Shown piece by piece: positions 24,670-35,236 of a stretch of DNA of 64,000 nt (positions are counted from its first letter, which is position 1; each line of letters begins with the position of its first letter). The notes below the pieces were generated by a model, which had not been told where the DNA came from, did not search any database, and saw nothing but the letters and a program-made list of their open reading frames with translations. The stretch comes from Siniperca chuatsi. Its lineage: Eukaryota. A program made the position numbers and the translations under genes. The stretch spans positions 6,867,595 to 6,931,594 of the forward strand of contig NC_058054.1 of assembly GCF_020085105.1 (NCBI RefSeq). The letters are read 5' to 3'.

Positions 24670-26255
24670 GTTATGCATACAGTGGCAAGGAAAAGTATGT
24701 GAACCTTTTGGAATTTCATGGTTTTCTGAATAAATTTGTCATAAAATGTGATCTGATCTTCATCTAAGTCAAGGGTATTGACAAACATAATGTATCTAAA
24801 AATAATTACACAAAAAAAATTCTGCTCTTTCATGTCTTTATTGAACACAGTCATTCAACATTCAAAATGGCAGTGGAAAAAGTAAGTGAACCCGTAGAAC
24901 TGGTTGACCCCCCATGGCAGCAATAACCTCAGCCAGGCGCTTCCTGTAGCTGTGGATCAGACCTGCACATCGTTCAGGAGGAATTTTAGCCCATCCTTCC
25001 TGGCAGAACTGCTTTAGCTCTGTCATATTCTTTGGACGTCTCATGTGTATGGCCCTCTTCAAGTCAATCCATAGCATCTCTATTGGGTTGAGGTCTGGGC
25101 TCTGACTTCGGCCACTCCAAAAGGCAGATTTTGTTTTTCTGAAGCCGTTCTGTTGCGGACTTGCTCCGGTGTTTTGGGTCGTTGTCCTGTTGCATCACCC
25201 ACCTTCTACACAGTTTCAGCTGACGTACAGACATCCTCACATTATCCTGAAGAATTGTCTGATATACTTGGGAATTAATCTTCCCCTCAATGATTGCAAG
25301 CTGGCCAGGCCCTGATGCAGCAACGCAGGCCCAAATCATGATGGTTCCTCCTCCATACTTTACAGTTGGGATGATGTTTTCATGATGATATGCCGTGCCC
25401 TTTCTACGCCAGATGTAGCGCTGTGTGTTTTTTCCAAATAGTTCAATCTTAGTTTCATCAGTCCACAAAACATTTTACCAATACCACTGTGGAGTGTCAA
25501 TGCGCTCTTTTGCAAACTTCAGGCGTGCAGCAGTGTTCTTTTTAGTAAGCAGTGGCGTCTTTCGTGGTGTCCTGCCGCGGATAGCCTGCTTGTTCAGTGT
25601 TTTACGTATTGTAGACTCATGAACAGAGATGTTAGCAAGTTCCAATGATGCCTTCAAATCTTTGGCTGTCATTCGGGGTTGTTTCTTTACCTCACTGATG
25701 AATCTTCGTTGGTGTCATTTTGACTGGGCGCACTTCTTGGTAGAGTAGCAACAGTCTCAAAGCATCTCCATTTGTAAATTGTTTGCCTAACTGTAGACTG
25801 GTGAATTTCTAAAGTCTTTGAAATAACTTTGTAACCCTTTCCAGCTTTATGTAAAGCAACAATTCCTGATCGTAGCTCCTCTGAAAGCTCTTTTTGGCGA
25901 GGCATGGCTCACATAAGCGTGTTCTTCTTGTGCAGAGCAAACTCCAAAAGTTTGAGGTTTTTTTTTTAAATCATTCAAAGTAGCTGTAGTCCACACCTTC
26001 AAACATATTATCTTAACAAGACTCCAGGTGTGCTAAAACCTGACTTCAATTAGCTTTTTTGAGGTCATTAACTCAAGGGTTCACTTACTTTTTCCGCTGC
26101 CATTTTGAATGTTGAATGACTGTGTTCAACAAAGACATGAAAGAGCAGAATTTATTTGTGTAATTATTTTTAGACATATTATGTTTGTCATTACCCATTT
26201 TATGACAAATTTATTAAAAAAACCATGAAATTCCAAATACTTTTCCTTGCCACTG
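24670..26255 (-). mobile_element. Tc1/mariner-family (Tc1-like) DNA transposon of ~1.6 kb, flanked by TA, with ~215-bp long terminal inverted repeats. The transposase gene is degenerate.
   Basis: Left end TA|cagtggcaaggaaaagtatgtgaacc. Right end ggttcacttactttttccgc...ccttgccactg|TA. An internal transposase remnant is split over 4 frame-shifted ORFs on the minus strand. Confidence 0.85.
24862..25905 (-). pseudogene. Tc1-like transposase pseudogene, frameshifted into 4 ORF pieces: HTH region (ELRSGIVALHKAGKGYKVISK), catalytic region (KYGGGTIMIWAC...DNDPKH), and C-terminus (EGWAKIPPERC).
   Basis: ORF track 25687-25905, 25475-25672, 25064-25468 and 24862-25077 are all on the minus strand in different frames. 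Typical Tc1 transposase motifs are present. Confidence 0.8.
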
Positions 26256-28561
26256 TATGTATATATATACACACACACAACATGTGCAACATCAGTGTAA
26301 GTTATTTCAGATTTAGCTGCCTTTGACTTTAGCGACAGTAACTATTTTAATTTTGTAGTTTTTATACGTGATCAGCAGCAAGATGTCAAATCAATCATTT
26401 GAAAAAATAAAGTTCTTACATGCAGGTACTGAATGTGTGCACATTTTCAGTAGTTCAGACACAGAGCCTCTCTAGAAATGGTCAGTTCTGGGGGGTTGTG
26501 AAACTGCTGAATGGCTGATAAATTGTTTAAAGGACTGGTGCAATGTGATGGATGAGTGCAACACACAGGAGGAACTGCTGAGTGTCAAGTTTATTGGAAG
26601 AAGGGGAGGGACAGAAGAAATGATTCATGCAGACGTGACGCCATCATGTGGTGAATTATCAGAAGAGTTTTACTGTAGCTTTCCTCAAAAGTCAGCTGTA
26701 CTTTCAGAGCTGAAGGACACAGTTTATCATTGAAAAATGTTTCACAACTTGATTCCTGACACACTGATGAGTCAGAGGGAGACTGATTCAAATTATTTAT
26801 TGACTGAATCAATGGCTTTAACTGAAGTACATTCTGTGGTGTTATTATAATATGTGCTATCAAACAATTTATCTACATATTATTACATATAATTACAATA
26901 TATTCAGAGACTGTATATTCAGCAAAGCTGATACAGAAAAGTACTGTTTTAAAAACTGTTGCTCCATTGTTGTTTTTTCTTTGAACACATTAAATTATAA
27001 CAGATAAGTTAAAAAAAAAACTACATTCACTATAAAGAGTAATGCAACTTGTGGCATTGTTTTAAGAATACTAAAATAAATAAGTACTGAGATGAATATA
27101 CAAATATAAACTGACACTATTCAGATGTATTTCAAAACATAAGATGCTTGGAAAGATTATAAAATGTTTGAAAATATTGTGTTTCCAAACTGGATATCAG
27201 TGGTGGAGGTAGTTCAGATCCTTTACTTAAGTAAAAGTACTAATACCACACTGTAAAAATACTCTGTTACAAGTAAAGGTCCTGCAATAAAAATGTTACT
27301 TAAGTAAAAGTATGTCAGTATAATCAAGAAAATGTACATAAAGTAATAAAAGTAAAAGTACTCAAGGCAGGAAAATGACCCCTGTGACAGTTATACTATT
27401 ATATATTATAGCATTAGATTATTATTTCTCATGCATTAAAGTAAAAGCAGGATTTTACTGTTGCAGCTGGTTAAATTGGAGCTACTTTTAAACTATTTTA
27501 TACAGGACTGCAACTAATGATTATTTTAATGTAATGATAAGTGTAATGACCTTCAATTTAGTATGATTATTATTTCCAAAGTGTTTCATCACTCCTGCAG
27601 AAGCTGAACTGTCATGGAGATACCAGGTTTTTGTTCAGTGGCGGTGGTATGTTCTATAACATACTATATATATGATGAGTAAACAGACTTTATCCTGGAC
27701 TGTCACATTCAGCGCTGGGAAAGGGAACTACACGCTTCCTTATCTCCTAAGAGACTTAATTTACAGGTGCCCTTCAACAATGTCGCACTACGTGATGTGT
27801 GGAGAGAAAAAAAGTATTTTCTCTATATGCTACTTACAGTAAGTATAAAAACAAACAAGTAGTTTCCTGTGTTATTTAAAAGTCACCTTTCACTCTTAAA
27901 ATGGCTGCAGTGAGAACAAAAAAAAACTTTAATTCATTCAATTCATTAAGCACATGTTTAAGTTATTATTTCAGAGAGATTAAGTATGAGGTGTTTGTTT
28001 GTTTGTGTCAGGAAAAGAAGTCACACGAGCAGTGCCCTAAAGTGCTCTGAGCCAAAAGTCTGCAGCCACAAAAAAAAAAGCTCATACAACTTTTTTTTAC
28101 ATATGCAGCAGTACCCAAGACCTGTAAACAGACATGGATGTGTAAAATCTATGGAACTCCCCTTTAAGCTTTTACTTTCATCAATTTAAACACATCTTTC
28201 AAGAATTTTAAAGTGATAAAGTATTTAGTGTTATTTCAGACCATTACTGTAGTTGATTCTGGCTTCAACTTCTCCATTTCAGCTGCTCGGCGGCTAACAG
28301 ACAACTATCATGAAGCTGTCTATCCGTCTCCAGTGTGTACAGGAAATGTGAAACTGCATGAATGTGAGCCATGACGTCACAAGGGCGTGCATGTTCAGCA
28401 GACCTTCTCTGGATGGATAAAGGTAAAAAAAAAAACTCTGCTCATTCACTCAGTTCTTGAGCTTCAGCTTTGCGTTTCTCCTCATTTCTCCACTTCTTCA
28501 CAGACACCAGCATTCCTGTCAGTGTCAGAGACTTGTATGAACTGGTGACTGTGAGTTGTTA

Positions 28562-28577
28562 TGTGTGTGTGTGTGTA
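28562..28577. repeat. (GT)8 microsatellite.
   Basis: gtgtgtgtgtgtgtgt. Confidence 0.8.
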
Positions 28578-31433
28578 TTATGTGTTTGCGCTTGTCTACT
28601 CAGCATCCCTGACACAGGGAGCTTGTGTAAGAATTGGAACCACCTATACTCCTCTGATCCTTCAGATTACACAACAGCTGAATCACAGAGTGAAAAGTGC
28701 CTCAGGAGACACACATACATATGCATTTTGATATGTGAAACTGGGACACGTTTAAAGGAAGAATGCATGTTTGTTCATAAAAATACCTTTATGCATACAG
28801 TGTTATAGCACAGATACTTGAGATACATTCAACAGGATTGTCATGTATGGAGATGAATAACAGTACTTAACATAGAGAGAGAGAGTTTTAAGGAAGGCCA
28901 CACCTCTCTGCCTCCCTCTCTTGTCACAGCATGTTGCTGCCTGTGGGGCAGGTTGTGATTCAGTTTATTATGGGCTGACCTAACAGAGACCGTCACACAA
29001 GGGAAACGCTGCAAGAGCCAGACAGAGTGGAGAGCAGCAGTGTGATAACAGAATCCGACACACATCGCAGAGAGACATCAAGTCCTAGAAAGGTCAGTCA
29101 CTCTTTAACATTCACTGTAAAACTTTGATTTTTGGACTTCTTATTGATTTGATTTTCCTTCAGTTGCTCTCACATTTGCTTCTTTCCGATTCGTCCATCT
29201 TAAAATAATAATTTACTTTTCTTGACTTGATTATTTACACCTAGCAGATTTATTACAAACCTATGACTCATTATATTAAAACTTTGGACTGCAAATTGAT
29301 CCATCACTAATGCTTTACTGGCAAACAGAGTTTCTGGCAGGAACAAGTCATTTGCAGTGTTCTGGTGATTTTCTGATTTTTTCAAACGTTTCTCAGTTTT
29401 TGTTTTGTTGTTTTTGTACCAGAATAATTGCTCGAAATGGTAAAAAATCCTATCTTTGCTGTACTTTACAGAAAAAGTTCCTTGTATTTTTTCCCATTTG
29501 TCGGTTTCTCTTGCATATACTTTTACAGTCCTTTCCTTAGTTTGTCATTTAAACATAAATCACACCAGATTTTTTCTCCTAAGTGCACTTTGTCCATTAC
29601 ATAAGCATATTTATGTCGTAGCTATATACATTGCAACATTAGATCGTAATTTAATTTTTGTGTTATGACCTGAGCTGATCATTTCTGAGAAACAATACTT
29701 CCACCTGACGTCATCAATGTTTTTCTTAAACTTCTAGCATTTTTTTTACTAGTGATTTACTAGTAAGTCTGGCTTTGATTCACTTTGTTTATTTGTTCAC
29801 TCTCGTATAAAGCCATCAGGGGGAAACAGTTTGCTTTAGTGGGACCAGAGCAAGGAAATTAGGATCAGGAAATTAGGATCAGGAAATTGTTCTTGTTCTC
29901 ACAAAGGGAAATGTGGTTTTGCAGAGACCATATCGTTTCTGAATCAATTACCTCCTCCATATATCACTCATATTTAGGGATCAACATCTTGAACTGTGTT
30001 ATTCCTTAAAGGTCAACCTTCTGTGACCTCCGCAATTCATGTTAGTCCAAAGAAGAGAGGCAAATGAGGACAATAAAAAAAACCCCAAAGTGAATCAAAG
30101 AATATGTCGAAATACTGCTCTTCTTTGACGAAGTACTGCCAATGTTTGGCGTGTTTTAGCATGCTGCCTCTCAGTTTGAGCTACACTGTTGGCTACAGAG
30201 TCTGATGTGAATATTTTAGAGGCTGCGTCAGGGTGGCAGCCATCCTCTAGTTCTGGAAACAGCTTGTGTACCATTGGTGAGCAATATTTTGTAATGTTTA
30301 TATTTAGTTACTGGTGCAGCATTTTCTCCAGACCATCACCATCTTCGTCTTTGACAAGTAGGTGTGCTCAGAAATCCAACAATCAAGCCCTCAACTTGTC
30401 TATCATCTGAATAAAGTGTTATGTGAAAGAACTAACTTTTTAACTGCCTGTTCCTATTAACTTTAAAGAAGAGGGATGAAATGGCAGTCCACATCACACA
30501 GATGTACGGACAAATCAGAGATATGTGACGAAAAAGTTCTCGAAGCAAATTGTTGAGGACCACGATAGCAGAGCAAAGATCCTGAGCAAATATATTCAGG
30601 AAACTCTCAGAAGAGATGAGGCACACATGTCTGACGTCAGGTTTCAGTCTCAAACTAACCTGAAAGGTTCATAAAAACATCTGCTGACTCACTTTTAATA
30701 ATATGTTGTGTGCAGCATGCTTCAGCATCTGATCTGATCAATGTTGAAAGAAGGTGTGCATCCATTACCACAGACTAAAAAATTAGATCCGGTATCTAGA
30801 AAATGGAGGTGATAAACTGTCATGTCTACCAGCAAAGATTTCTGTATCTCTCTCTGCCCCAATAACACTTCATAATCAGCAGTGGTACACAGATTGTTAA
30901 CAGAGTGAAGTAAATTTTGTTTCATACACTGCAGAGTATGGAAGCCCATTTCTTCTACTTGTAAAAAAAAATCTACCATATTTGTGTTTTTTACTCACAA
31001 TTCTTACTTATGTCAAAATAATGACAAATGTTGACACAGTATCATCATTTTGAGATACAGATACTAAGAAGTCATGAGAAAGGCATCCACATGTTTGTCT
31101 GATTCTGGATATTTAGGGAAAATAGTAGAACTCAACCAAAACTGAAATATAGTTAATTACATTTATTCGTCAGGGACCACGTACAAGAAACATTAATCTC
31201 ATTCAAAGATAAGAGATGTATTGTACCAGATTTAGCTACTAGCTCATTTCCATCTGCAGTACCTGAATACAATAAATACTAAATTCAATCAAAGATCCAA
31301 ACATACATACATACAGATTTTCATTACACTCAGCCCTTTACAATATAAATATCCCCCTCCCCTTTACTTTAATGGCAGACATATTTAGGTTCTACCTTTG
31401 TTTCTCGTCCTCAGGATCAAAACTCCTTCTAAC

Positions 31434-31994
31434 ATGAACACCTTTGAGCAAAACATTGACAATAACACAGACGATGATGAGAGCGCTGTGAGCAATCATG
31501 TCTCCACGACCATGGGTGCCCTCATCCTCAGCTTTGTCTTCCTCCTGGGCGTCCCTGGCAACCTCTTCATCGTCTGGAGCATCCTGGCACGCACCCGACG
31601 ACGCTCGATCACCACCCTCCTCATCCTCAACCTGGCGTGTGCCGATGGCTTTCTCATGGCCCTCACCATCTTCTTCATTGTCTACCTGGCCAAGCAGACA
31701 TGGGTCTTTGGTAACGTCATGTGTAAAGTCGTGTTCTACCTCTGCAACTCCAACATGTACGCCTCCATCTTTCTGATCACACTGATGAGCGTGCACAGGC
31801 TGGTGGCCGTGGTGTTCCCGCTTAAAGTGTCCACCCTGGTCAGCAAGAAGGTTGTGATAAGGGTGATCGTATGCATGTGGCTGCTGGTGATGATGATGTC
31901 TATCCCCTCACTGGTGTTTCGAGATGTGACAGAGGAAGAAGATGATAATATAACAAGATTGGTGTGTGTGCCCAATCACACCCTGTCTCGACAT
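31434..31994 (+). CDS. ltb4r: ltb4r coding exon 1 (TM1-TM4 plus ECL2 start): MNTFEQNIDNN...VCVPNHTLSRH.
   Basis: ATG at 31434 is in frame with ORF 31398..32099. Donor SRH|gtaagt at 31995. Confidence 0.9.
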
Positions 31995-33968
31995 GTAAGT
32001 AGACTAGGGCTGCAACTAACAATTATTTTCATTATCTTTTATTATTCTGAATTTCCTAAAGCCCAAGGTGACATCATCAAATCACATGTTTTAAGATAGT
32101 ACAAAAGATATCTGAAATGTATTCAAAAGTTTATCTGATGCTGATATAAGGCTTCAGAGTTAAACCTCTTTTTAGTACAATATTCCCTGTTTTTGGTTCC
32201 TGGACAGTGTTTCCATGTTGAGGGGCAGCGGAGGGATAGTAACAAAATGAGGACATTTCTCACTAAAATGGCTGTAACTTGATTTGTCTAATTTGGATTC
32301 ATATACATTTTTGCTTGAAAACAGGATCGTGCATTTTGTCCCCCATCACTTACATTGAAAGCACATTAAGGAAGGGATCTTTTCGTGGCCAGTTTGAACA
32401 GGAGGAATGATTAGAGCAAGCAAAACCTGTTTCAATGTTCACAAAGGCACCTGACTATTGTTTTAAGACTTTACCAAGTACCACAAAATAAGAAAGCATG
32501 GTGGTCGGAGGTGTAAAATAAATAAAACAAATAAACCCAAATACATACAAAGAAGTGAAAATGTATCATAACAATTCTGATTCGCGTTTTCTAGCAGTAG
32601 TATCCTAAATCCAACCTTGAATCTACAACAAGGGGTTGACTTCCACAAACAAAAACCTCTTCCATCAGAATCATTATCACATATTGACTGACTCTTATCT
32701 TGCACTGCCTTGTTTTGACAGATCCATTCATGTCTACAGAAAGCTATGTAATTATTATAGTGAGCACATCTTGTATCCTCCTGTGTGCAGGTGAGGTTTC
32801 AGTATGCCTTTGAGACGGTGGCGGGATTCATTCTTCCTTATACAGTCATCATAATCAGCTACGTCCTCATCCTGAGACGCCTGAGGCAGACCAAATTCCG
32901 CCGAAAGGTCCGCAGCGAGAAACTCATCCTGGCTATTGTGGTGATGTTTGGCATTTTCTGGCTGCCATACCATGTTGTCAACATGTTACAGGTGTGTGAG
33001 GGCATGTTCACAGTATCAGTTATCACATTAAATAATTTCTGCTTTTAGATCAATGAGCTGATCTTTTGAATGAACACTGAGTATGTTTTGGTCGGTCCAA
33101 GGTGGCAGTTGAATGGTTACCAGAGAATTCAAAAAGAAGAATAAAGTGAGTAACCACATATTTCACCCACTCCCTCAAACTAAAGTTAACTTATTTTCAT
33201 TGACATATGGTAATTTTGGGTACTTCTGGGTGGTCGTTTTATGCATTACAGAAATAGTAATTAGGTAATAATTCAGAATTTCTACACAGTCTTAAGCCAA
33301 AGTAACAGTAGCTCTGATGTTTGGGTTTTGCCTGATGTCATATTTGAGAAGAGCTTATTCATTTCCACACCAACTGCTTTGCATTTGTTTTGTCTCATTG
33401 TTATTGACTTGTGTCTATTTGTAGTCTTGTTTGTCTCTGTCATTTACTGTCGCTTTGTGTCTCTGTGGCTGTTTTGTGTCTATTTGTAGTTGTATTGCGT
33501 CTCTTTCTATGACATTTTGCAGGTGAAGCCCAGGGGGCCCCCTGACCCATTCAGTAATCCACCCATGAATATACTTAAAAGTATTTCATATCAGTTTGTT
33601 TAAGTTAAGAGCCCTAAAATGCTTCTGAACTTGAATTAAATTTTTCACAAACCCAAATTTAACATGTTCTAGTTGTGGTCTTAAATATTCTGTTTATCCG
33701 CAGTTTGGACAATATCGCTCAGTCCAGTCGTGCAGTGACCTCAGCTTTGGCCTTCATCAGCAGCTGTGCCAATCCTGTCCTCTACACCTTCGCTGGGAAG
33801 TCCTACATCAAGATGAACGGCCTTGCCTTCATGGCTCGGCTCTTTGAGGGTACGTCTTTGGACCAAACAGGAACCAAAAAGAGTCGGGCCATGGGTAACG
33901 ACACAGTGGAAAACATTACTGTTGAGTCCACACACAGCACAGAAAAGGCTTTAAAAACTGGGAGCTGA
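31434..33968 (+). CDS. ltb4r: ltb4r (leukotriene B4 receptor 1, BLT1-like class A GPCR). Gene-level span of a 3-exon CDS totalling 1029 nt (342 aa).
   Basis: MNTFEQ start. Features TM1 GNLFIVWSI, the DRY-equivalent MSVHRLVAV, FETVAGFILPY, the TM6 FWLPYH, the TM7 NPVLY, and the C-tail FMARLFEGT. Strong alignment to human LTB4R (MYASVLLITAMSLDRSLAV; FEAVTGFLLPF; AAFWLPYHVVN; SSSVNPVLYACAG; FVAKLLEGTGSE). Confidence 0.9.
32002..32094. mobile_element. Partial copy (5' TIR end) of the 'gggctgcaactaac...gttagttgcagccc' MITE family, sitting in ltb4r intron 1.
   Basis: agggctgcaactaacaattattttcattatc...agcccaaggtgacatcatcaaatc. Homologous to 41177-41545, 52478-52700, 59395-59843 and 60530-60842. Confidence 0.7.
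32791..32993 (+). CDS. ltb4r: ltb4r coding exon 2 (TM5-TM6): VRFQYAFETVAGFILPYTVIIISYVLILRRLRQTKFRRKVRSEKLILAIVVMFGIFWLPYHVVNMLQ(V).
   Basis: Acceptor gtgtgcag. Donor GT|gtgtgag in phase 2. ORF track 32785..33048. Confidence 0.85.
33704..33968 (+). CDS. ltb4r: ltb4r coding exon 3 (ECL3-TM7-tail): LDNIAQSSRAVTSALAFISSCANPVLYTFAGKSYIKMNGLAFMARLFEGTS...KTGS*.
   Basis: Acceptor tatccgcag in phase 2. ORF track 33675..33968. Stop TGA at 33966. Confidence 0.85.
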
Positions 33969-34086
33969 GCATTTAATAAATTTTGTGCATAAATGAGCGC
34001 ACTCTGAAAGTAAAAATTTATAAAACTACATTTGGAGTCTGTAGATTTGCTTACAGCAAAATTAGAGCCTGAATTTTCTGTGCTTT

Positions 34087-34107
34087 AAAAAAAAAAAAAA
34101 AAAAAAG
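34087..34107. repeat. A21 homopolymer.
   Basis: Direct A run. Confidence 0.9.
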
Positions 34108-34708
34108 CACCAGTTTAGAGGCGACCGCAAAGTATTTTGTAGATGTGTTGAAAGAAATACAAGTTTGACAGGAAGTCAGTGGTGCAGGCACAAGAAAAAT
34201 AAAACTACCTGATCTTTATATCAGAACTGAAAATACTTAACAGCTACAAAATAACTACCAAGTACTGTAACTACTTAAGGAGCAACTACATTGAGAAAAA
34301 CTAATTTCTCAACGGGTAACATTAAGTCCATATTTAGCAATATACAAACATCCAAAAATAGTTAAACATTAATGTAGTTTTATGCAGAGAATGAAATTTC
34401 TATGTATAGTATGTATACATTGCACAAAGAAAACCTAATACCCCTTTGCCTTGTTTGATCCATATATGTAATATAGTTTTATTAGATCTGCAAGTTTTAT
34501 CATTGCCCCCTGTGGGATTTTGACAATTACCAGTATTTTTGATTTCTGTTGCACAATGTAGGTCTCCGCTTCAGACTTGAGTCAGTTTTAAAGTGTTACG
34601 CATTGATTTATTTTAAACTGTACAATAAATTTTGATTTACCCTGTTTTTGTTCAACATGCAATTTTGTTTTTTTCAATAAAAATTGCATTTTCTCGCACT
34701 GGACTAAG

Positions 34709-34732
34709 TTTTTTTTTTTTTTTTTTTTTTTT
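34709..34732. repeat. T24 homopolymer.
   Basis: Direct T run. Confidence 0.9.
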
Positions 34733-35213
34733 ACATTTGACACAAAACCCCACATATTCCAAACAGCTTGGAGCTCCAAGACTGCACCAGATACCCAGAT
34801 TTACACATTAAAACACTGTTCCCTGCTTAAAGATTTGTTTAACGTCACTTTAAGTCTGTGCCATTTCTTACACTTACTAGTAACTAATATCCAACTACTG
34901 CTGAGAACTATGCACATTATGTTGTCCACTTTACATGCAGATCATCTAGGAGGTTGTAAAGTAAATGGACAATACACAGTTTAACACTTTATTCACCAGT
35001 GAATTTCACAGTTGATACCATGCAACAAGATTTTAATGCAGGGATTTGACCTTACACATTTGTGTAGATTAAAAAAAAGACATTAAATATTTCCAGGCAA
35101 CAAATCTTTGTTATGAGTTTCAAATTGCCCTACAACTGTATAAACATTCAACTTAATCCTTTGAAACTTCCAGATCCCAAATTGGGGCGATGCAGCTTTC
35201 CCATTACCTGCTT

Positions 35214-35236
35214 AAAAAAAAAAAAAAAAAAAAAAA
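35214..35236. repeat. A23 homopolymer.
   Basis: Direct A run. Confidence 0.9.

Noticed and set aside
31392-31796. 134-aa minus-strand ORF, and the 92-aa plus-strand alternate-frame ORF at 31498-31776.
   Set aside because: They overlap ltb4r coding exon 1 in other frames. GPCR homology is present only in the chosen frame.
34087-35236. A21, T24 and A23 tracts considered as poly(A) signals or retrocopy tails.
   Set aside because: They are genomic homopolymers in the AT-rich ltb4r 3' flank with no adjacent intronless ORF. Most likely SINE/retroposon tails or slippage products.
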